Below are positions 57,880 to 64,000 of a stretch of 64,000 nucleotides of DNA, in pieces. The notes under the pieces were generated by a model. It was not told where the DNA came from. It did not search any database and saw nothing but the letters and a program-made list of their open reading frames with translations. Position 1 is the stretch's first letter, and each line of letters starts with the position of its first letter. This DNA is from Nitrosopumilus sp. (GTDB lineage Archaea; Thermoproteota; Nitrososphaeria; Nitrososphaerales; Nitrosopumilaceae): the NCBI GenBank assembly GCA_965249555.1, contig OZ252243.1:1376001-1440000 (forward strand). Reading direction: 5' to 3'. A program made the translations under genes and the position numbers.

Positions 57880-58422
57880 TAATTTTCTATTAATTTTTCA
57901 AATGTGGTGATTTAGAACCTCATTTTGTAGACTGGAATTAATTATAGAGCTTTCATATGTTTGTATAAAGCATAAATTATAATCATAAAACATGCTGTCC
58001 AACCTGAATTAATTGGATGATTGTGAGTAAACTCTTCAATTGCTTCTAAATAAAAGACAGAATCTGATATGGTCCACAACAATATATTGCTCTTTTATAC
58101 CAAAAACTATCTGATTTCTCTTCTCTTTTAACCCACATTGCTTTATCCACAAATTTTAATGTCTTTTCAAATTTTTTTATTCTCTCTGATTTAGTATTTT
58201 TTTATTGAAAAAAAAGGAAATATCTTTCATATCTGGTTTTATACTCAACTTGATTATATTTTTTTAAAAATTATGCTACTTTTCTGAGTTCAATAGAAAT
58301 ATTAACACTTTAGGAAATTATCTATTTCACATAAAATGATATATATGAAATTAATAATTTATAATTTTTTTACTTGTTTTATGATAAGTCTTAAATTTAT
58401 GTTAACACATACAGATCATACT

Positions 58423-59271
58423 ATGACATTACAACCTAGAGCTCATGAATTTGTTCAAAGAAGTGATCTACGGGGATTTAGAGCGCTGATTTTTGATTGG
58501 GGAGTAATTTTTGGAACAATTGCCTTTAGCGTTTGGATGAATGATTGGATTGTTTATCTAATTTCAGTATGGATAATTGGTGCATATCAGTATGCAATTG
58601 GTGAAGCATTGTTCCATGAGGCATCTCATTATAATTTATTTAAAACAAAAAAACTCAATGATTATCTAGAATGGGTTTATGCTGTACCATTTTTTGTAGA
58701 TATGTTTCAATATAGGAAGGAACACTTAGATCATCATTATAAAATAAATACAGAAGTAGATCATATTGTTAGAGATTATGAATATCAAGGACTTAACAAT
58801 CCTAACACGAATGTTTTTTGGATATGGTTCATAAAACCATTTACTGGATATGCTGGATTTTTTTATCTTAGATTTTCAATTAAATTGAATCCTCTAAAAA
58901 GCGCCATCAAGTTTGCAATATTTTGGTTACCTGTAATCTCTATTTTCTGGTATTTTGATGCATTACGTCTATTGGCATTGTATTGGTTTGTTCCATTCTT
59001 GACATCTTATTCAGTTTTCTTTTATTGGGCAGAAATAGCTGAGCATTATAACACAAAGTCAGGCTCTAGATCTGATCTTGGATTTTTGAAAAATCTATTT
59101 CATCATAATGGTGGATATCACTACATTCATCACATGTATCCAACAATTCCTTGGTACAATTTATCAAAAGCTCATGATGCATTATGTTCAAAAGATAGCG
59201 ATATATCCCGGGGATTTATTGATACATATCGTCAAATGAAGAAGAACGCACAGACTAATACCATACAATAA
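58423..59271 (+). CDS. membrane fatty-acid-desaturase superfamily protein
   Basis: Three His boxes HEASH, HLDHH, HYIHH plus AEH and P.IPWYNL; several TM segments; start uncertain (ORF track 58336). Confidence 0.9.
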   Translation: MTLQPRAHEFVQRSDLRGFRALIFDWGVIFGTIAFSVWMNDWIVYLISVWIIGAYQYAIGEALFHEASHYNLFKTKKLNDYLEWVYAVPFFVDMFQYRKEHLDHHYKINTEVDHIVRDYEYQGLNNPNTNVFWIWFIKPFTGYAGFFYLRFSIKLNPLKSAIKFAIFWLPVISIFWYFDALRLLALYWFVPFLTSYSVFFYWAEIAEHYNTKSGSRSDLGFLKNLFHHNGGYHYIHHMYPTIPWYNLSKAHDALCSKDSDISRGFIDTYRQMKKNAQTNTIQ

Positions 59272-59301
59272 ATTAAATTCTAATAGAGCGTTAATTTTAC
59301 A

Positions 59302-60597
59302 TTGGAAAAATTTGATATTGCCATTATTGGTGCAGGAATTTTAGGAACAACGATTTCATATTGGTTATCAACACTTTATGATCTTAATGTATGTGTAATT
59401 GAAAAAGAAAATGATGTAGCAAAGCACACTAGTAGCAGAAATACAGGTGTAGTTCATTCTCCCTTTTACCTAGATCCTAAAAAAAGAAAAATATCTGCAG
59501 TTTCATCTCTAATCTCTCATGATTTATGGGAAATTTTTGCAAAGAAAAAATCTCTACCCTGGTTTGAGGTTGGAACAATTGAAGTGGCTTCAGATGAAGA
59601 ACAACATAAAACTTTAGAGAAATACGTAAAGTGGTCTATTCAAAATGGAATTCCTGAAAAACAGGTTGAATTACTTGATTCAAAAGGTCTTTTAAAAAGA
59701 GAGCCAAACCTACATGCTTATTCTGGCCTTTATTGTTCAAGGGATGTTTCCACAGACTATGGAATTTTTACCAAAGAGTTACAAAAAGAATCTGAAAAAA
59801 ATGGGACAAAATTTTTGTTTAGCAAAGAAGTTACAGACACTAATGATGACTCCGAGATACAACTTACCTTCTCTGATGGTTCTACTTTAACTGCAAAATT
59901 TCTGATAAATTGCTCTGGTGGCAACTCGCTAGATATTGCTAAAAAATGTAATTTAGCAAAAGAATACGATGATCTTCATTTTCGAGGAGAGTATTGGATA
60001 TGTGATCAATCGTATGCCGATTTAGTTAAAACGAATATTTACACTGTAGCACGATTTTCTGAATTTCCATTTTTAGATCCTCATTGGGTTAAAAGATCTA
60101 ATGGGACAACTGAGATTGGACCAAATGCTGTACCTGTAGCAACTCCTGAAACTTATGAAGGATATGCAGGTGAATTAAATGCAACAGTTTCTAAAATCCG
60201 TGAAATATTTGGTGGAAATGTGAAGCATCTTCTTACAAATAGTAGTTTTCTATCTATGCTTTCTAAAGAATTCCTTAGTTCTGTCTCAAAAACTGCAATG
60301 GTTCACCGAGTACAACAATTCATTCCAAAAGTCAAACCTGAATATTTCACCAAGCATGGTACAGCTGGAATACGAACACCTGTTATTTCTGCCAAGGGTG
60401 AATTTGTTAAAGATATTTTGGAGATTGTTGGCAAAAATTCATTTCATATTGTAAATTATAATTCTCCTGGGGCTACTGGTGCTCCAGCATATTCTGCATT
60501 TATTATAAAAAAATTACAAGATACAGGATTCTTAGACTATTCTCAAAAACCAAAAGAATCTTTTTGGAATTTTGAAGAAATTACTTGCCTTTTCTAA
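59302..60597 (+). CDS. FAD-dependent oxidoreductase, L-2-hydroxyglutarate oxidase (LhgO)-like
   Basis: IIGAGILG, HTSSRNTGVVH, FRGEY, PFLDPH, IGPNA, AGIR, SPGAT. Confidence 0.85.
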   Translation: MEKFDIAIIGAGILGTTISYWLSTLYDLNVCVIEKENDVAKHTSSRNTGVVHSPFYLDPKKRKISAVSSLISHDLWEIFAKKKSLPWFEVGTIEVASDEEQHKTLEKYVKWSIQNGIPEKQVELLDSKGLLKREPNLHAYSGLYCSRDVSTDYGIFTKELQKESEKNGTKFLFSKEVTDTNDDSEIQLTFSDGSTLTAKFLINCSGGNSLDIAKKCNLAKEYDDLHFRGEYWICDQSYADLVKTNIYTVARFSEFPFLDPHWVKRSNGTTEIGPNAVPVATPETYEGYAGELNATVSKIREIFGGNVKHLLTNSSFLSMLSKEFLSSVSKTAMVHRVQQFIPKVKPEYFTKHGTAGIRTPVISAKGEFVKDILEIVGKNSFHIVNYNSPGATGAPAYSAFIIKKLQDTGFLDYSQKPKESFWNFEEITCLF

Positions 60598-60651
60598 TTT
60601 TCCAACCTGAATTTTTTCTAATTAAGATTAATATTCCATAACAATCAAAAT

Positions 60652-60927
60652 TTGATTATGCTTCCTGACAGGTGTTCAGTAAAAGAAGGTGGAAAACAAT
60701 GTGTTAATCCTCCTGAATTTATTGTATCAATTATTTCTGGTAAAGATGAATATATGGTTGGAGTAGCTTGTACAAAACATAAACAAATTGTATCTGGCAA
60801 AATTGGAATTCTCCAAAATGAAGGAAAAGTTCATGATGGCAAAATTAGCTTTTCACCTGTAAAAACAGTTGGAACTGATTGTGTTCATGGCGATGCAGAT
60901 GATTTTGTCCAAATTGATATAAAGTAA
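60652..60927 (+). CDS. small Cys-containing hypothetical protein
   Basis: LPDRCSV..C.NPP, C..H, CVH possible metal ligands. Confidence 0.75.
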   Translation: MIMLPDRCSVKEGGKQCVNPPEFIVSIISGKDEYMVGVACTKHKQIVSGKIGILQNEGKVHDGKISFSPVKTVGTDCVHGDADDFVQIDIK

Positions 60928-60963
60928 TTCTAAATATTGATATAATTTTAATTTCAAGAACCA

Positions 60964-61341
60964 TTGTTGCTTTTAGAATTACTGTCTGATCTAGTCAAAA
61001 TTGATGATGTTTTACTTATCATAAAAAATAATGGTGCTGTAAGTGAGATTAGAAGTAATTCTCTTAGTATCAGAAAAAAAGAAAAGTGGATAACTATTGG
61101 TGATAATGATGGGCCCGCACACATGCATATTGATTCAGAATTGATAAAATCTGCAGAGTTTGTACAGGAAGAAAAGCCTGAGCGTACTAGTTTTAGTGTG
61201 AGATTCTTTAATAAAAATGGGGAGCGTATTTTAGCAGCATTTTTTACAAAAATGTATGATGGGTCTAAAACACTAATTTCTGAAAGAAAAAAAATATATG
61301 ACCAATTAAACCAAAAATATTCTTCTAAAATTCAGTTTTAA
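60964..61341 (+). CDS. HutX/ChuX-like heme utilisation carrier protein
   Basis: N.GAVSEI, H.HI...I..AEFV, SFSVRFFN..GE.I...F pattern. Confidence 0.7.
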   Translation: MLLLELLSDLVKIDDVLLIIKNNGAVSEIRSNSLSIRKKEKWITIGDNDGPAHMHIDSELIKSAEFVQEEKPERTSFSVRFFNKNGERILAAFFTKMYDGSKTLISERKKIYDQLNQKYSSKIQF

Positions 61342-61538
61342 AAAAAAACCTTGTCTGAAAAAGACAAGGAGAAAAAAATTATTCTTCAGATTCTTTCTTC
61401 TTCTTCTCTTTTTCAGATTGTAATTTAGCTAATTCTAATTCTTCATTAGTATGTTTGAATTTTTTCAATCTGATACTATTTTATAATTTAGATATAAAAA
61501 CTGCTGTGTTGTTTAGGATTGTAACTCATGCGTGAAAA

Positions 61539-62507
61539 TCAATACCCCACTGAGTAGATCGGTTTTTTTCCATTCATTCCAAGATTAAGATTTTTCACAG
61601 TAATCTCTGTCATTTTGATTCTGGTCTCTTTTGTAGAACTTCCTATGTGTGGTGCTAATACAACGTTTTGTAATTTTACTAGTGCATGTTTTTTACTAAT
61701 TGGTTCTGTTTCAAATACATCTAATCCTGCGCCTGCAATAATTTTTTTCTTTAATGCCATTACAAGATCTTTTTCGTTAACTATTTTTCCTCTTGATGTA
61801 TTTATTAAAAATGCAGATTTTTTCATTTTTCTGAAAATTTTCATGTTAAATATTTGATCTGTTTCTTTTGTGTGTGGAACATGAATTGAAATGATGTCAC
61901 TTTGAGTAATTAGTTTTTCAAATGAAACATATTTTATTCCTAATGTTTTCTCTTTGGTTTTAGAAACATGTTTTCTGTTGTGATATATTAACTTCATATC
62001 AAATGCCTTTGCCCTTTTTGCAAGTGTTCCTCCAATTCTACCTAGACCTAAAATGCCAATTGTTTTTCCTTGAAGATCTAATCCTACATAATCATGTGCT
62101 CCATAGATTACTCTCCATTTACCATCACGAATTATTCTGTCTCCTTCTGAAACTCTTCTTAATATGTCTAGTAGTAATGAGAATGTTAAATCAGCAGTTG
62201 CATCCGTTAATACTTCAGGAGTATAACCTACACGAATTTTCTTTTTTTTGGCATATTCAGTGTCTATATGATCAAAACCAACACTGTAGGTACTAATCAC
62301 TTTTAGATTCTTAGCTAAATCTATTGTTGCTTTATTGATTTTATCATATGGAAAACAGATTAGTCCATCTATCTCTTTGATTTTTGATTGTAGCTCAGTT
62401 TGAGGTATGGGAATTTTTCCAGAATGAATTTCTATCTGATATCTTTTTTTTAACTCTTTTAATGCAAAATCATGTAAAATTCTTGTAAGAAACACTTTTT
62501 TTTTCAT
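61539..62507 (-). CDS. D-2-hydroxyacid dehydrogenase (glyoxylate/hydroxypyruvate reductase-like)
   Basis: SVGFDHID, GLGRIG, INTSRG, GLDVFE.EP, PHIGS. Confidence 0.93.
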   Translation of the reverse strand: MKKKVFLTRILHDFALKELKKRYQIEIHSGKIPIPQTELQSKIKEIDGLICFPYDKINKATIDLAKNLKVISTYSVGFDHIDTEYAKKKKIRVGYTPEVLTDATADLTFSLLLDILRRVSEGDRIIRDGKWRVIYGAHDYVGLDLQGKTIGILGLGRIGGTLAKRAKAFDMKLIYHNRKHVSKTKEKTLGIKYVSFEKLITQSDIISIHVPHTKETDQIFNMKIFRKMKKSAFLINTSRGKIVNEKDLVMALKKKIIAGAGLDVFETEPISKKHALVKLQNVVLAPHIGSSTKETRIKMTEITVKNLNLGMNGKKPIYSVGY

Positions 62508-62558
62508 CAGTCTTGAATTTATCTCAAACCATTTATACGATTTCTTTGTAAGTCCTTT

Positions 62559-62705
62559 ATGTCTTCTGAATCTAAAGAAGAAGAAGAATTTGCTATTTGT
62601 GTAGAATGCGCAAATTCATTAGAAAAATGTGTTTGTGTATGTCCTTATTGTGGAGAGCGTGACAAATGCGAATGTGCATTGTTTGATGCAGCTACTGGAG
62701 GTTGA
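62559..62705 (+). CDS. 48-aa Cys-rich peptide ending in Gly-Gly
   Basis: Not in ORF track. MSSESKEEEEFAICVECANSLEKCVCVCPYCGERDKCECALFDAATGG*; TTTATA box about 27 nt upstream of ATG. Confidence 0.8.
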   Translation: MSSESKEEEEFAICVECANSLEKCVCVCPYCGERDKCECALFDAATGG

Positions 62706-62754
62706 TCAAATTGGTAAAACAGATCATTATTATTCAAAATAAAGGTGACATGTT

Positions 62755-64000
62755 GTGAGCTTGGTTGATTTTACATGGCTAATTGGCGGTCCACAAGGAA
62801 GTGGGGTAGAATCAGGAGCAAACATATTTTCTCGTGTATGTGCTGAGATGGGCTATCAGGTATTTGGAAAAAGAGAATTTTATTCAAATATCAAAGGCGA
62901 ACATAGTTATTTTACATTAAGAATCTCTGATCAAAAAATCCATTCAACTGTAAATGATGTAAACTTGATGGTATCATTTGATGCTGAAACAATTTTTCGC
63001 CATTTTGATGAAGTAATTTCTGGTGGTGGTATAATTTATGACTCTGATCTGGAAAAAATAAAAACAGATGATGTTAATACTCTTGATACACCATTCAAAG
63101 AAAGATTACACAAAGATTTAGAATCAAAAAATAAACCATTTACAATTCCAGGAGTTTTAGAGATTGCAAAAGAGAAAGGAGTACTGTTGTTTCCAGTATC
63201 TTTCAAATCTATTCTTGCTAGTCTTGCTGAAGAAACTGAAAATCCTCGTCTAAAAGGATTAGTTAGAATGTTTAATGTGATTGGTGTGTCTTTGTCTTTG
63301 GGATTAGTTAAGATGCCTCCTGATTCCTTACAAAAAACAATAGATACAATTTTTGCAAAAAAACCAGCAATTGCAGAAATTAATCGACAAGCTGCAAATT
63401 ATTCATATAATTACGCTACTGCAAAATTCGAAAATTTTAATCATATGTTACCTGGTACAGAAAAAGAACCTGAAACTCTTTTGGTTCAAGGTCATATGGG
63501 AACTGCATTAGGTAAGATGGCATGTGGTTGTAGATTCCAACCTTACTATCCAATCACTCCAGCTTCTGATGAATCAGTATATCTAGAATCAAATGAACTT
63601 TTAGAAATAGTTGAGGATAGACCTGGCTCTACTGTTGTTATTCAAACCGAAGATGAAATATGTTCAATGGGAATGACTATTGGAGGTGCATTAACTGGAA
63701 CACGTTCTGCTACTTGTACCTCTGGTCCTGGATTTGCATTAATGACTGAAATGTTGGGTTGGGCTGGAATCAATGAAGTACCTATTGTGATAACTAATTA
63801 TCAAAGAAGTGGACCATCAACTGGTCTTCCAACAAGACATGGCCAAGATGATTTACTTTTTTCGGTATATGCTGGACATGGAGACTTTCCAAAAATTGTT
63901 TATGCCTCAGGTGATATTGAGGAGAGTTTCTATGATACTGGTAACTGCTTTAATTATGCAGATACTTTTCAAGTTCCAGTTATTCACATGATGGATAAAT
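62755..64000 (+). CDS. korA: 2-oxoacid:ferredoxin oxidoreductase alpha subunit (partial, runs off the window)
   Basis: Not in ORF track. GTG start after AGGTGA; IGGPQGSGVES, SNIKGEHS, YYPITPASD, QTEDEI, TSGPGF, QRSGPSTGLPT. Confidence 0.95.
   Translation, partial: MSLVDFTWLIGGPQGSGVESGANIFSRVCAEMGYQVFGKREFYSNIKGEHSYFTLRISDQKIHSTVNDVNLMVSFDAETIFRHFDEVISGGGIIYDSDLEKIKTDDVNTLDTPFKERLHKDLESKNKPFTIPGVLEIAKEKGVLLFPVSFKSILASLAEETENPRLKGLVRMFNVIGVSLSLGLVKMPPDSLQKTIDTIFAKKPAIAEINRQAANYSYNYATAKFENFNHMLPGTEKEPETLLVQGHMGTALGKMACGCRFQPYYPITPASDESVYLESNELLEIVEDRPGSTVVIQTEDEICSMGMTIGGALTGTRSATCTSGPGFALMTEMLGWAGINEVPIVITNYQRSGPSTGLPTRHGQDDLLFSVYAGHGDFPKIVYASGDIEESFYDTGNCFNYADTFQVPVIHMMDK

Noticed and set aside
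57779-59300. Intact integrative element or provirus at tRNA-Ser
   Set aside because: No integrase and no duplicated tRNA 3' end (attR) seen; only a possible eroded insertion
61342-61468. Possible small minus-strand ORF (LKKFKHTNEELELAKLQSEKRRRR...)
   Set aside because: Low complexity, runs into poly-T and the convergent gene; may be a remnant but cannot be supported
63809-63991. 60-aa ORF at the window end
   Set aside because: Alternate frame inside the partial korA gene

Overview
AT-rich chromosomal window from an ammonia-oxidising archaeon (Nitrososphaerota/Thaumarchaeota, very probably Nitrosopumilus or a close Nitrosopumilaceae relative). Lineage markers are the unsplit RNA polymerase subunit A, PEFG-CTERM surface proteins, fragmented ribosomal operons and intron-containing tRNAs. 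Most of it is core genome: nop5 (partial), pyrD/pyrK, a Grs-like radical SAM enzyme, larC-larE-iscS, rpoH/B/A, nusA, many ribosomal proteins, leuS, alaS, spt5, secE, pckA, sod, ftsY, argF, secY, adk, cmk, cbf5, partial korA, tRNA-Gln(CTG) and tRNA-Ser(GGA). Signals worth follow-up: (1) a DUF3800-like RNase H-fold gene between rpl1 and lrp/rpl11, followed 7 nt after its stop by a GC-rich structured element; (2) a 622-bp, about 98.6% identical copy of a PEFG-CTERM protein body 36.7 kb away, with a different signal peptide and a different C-terminal module; (3) a four-gene PEFG-CTERM array in which three tails and two spacers are homogenised at DNA level; (4) 29 perfect 12-bp repeats in ftsY plus an apparent premature stop; (5) a membrane desaturase-family gene next to tRNA-Ser; (6) a 48-aa, 8-Cys peptide ending in GG that the ORF track missed; and (7) several pseudogenes. 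All family calls are from motif recognition by eye; no searches were run.
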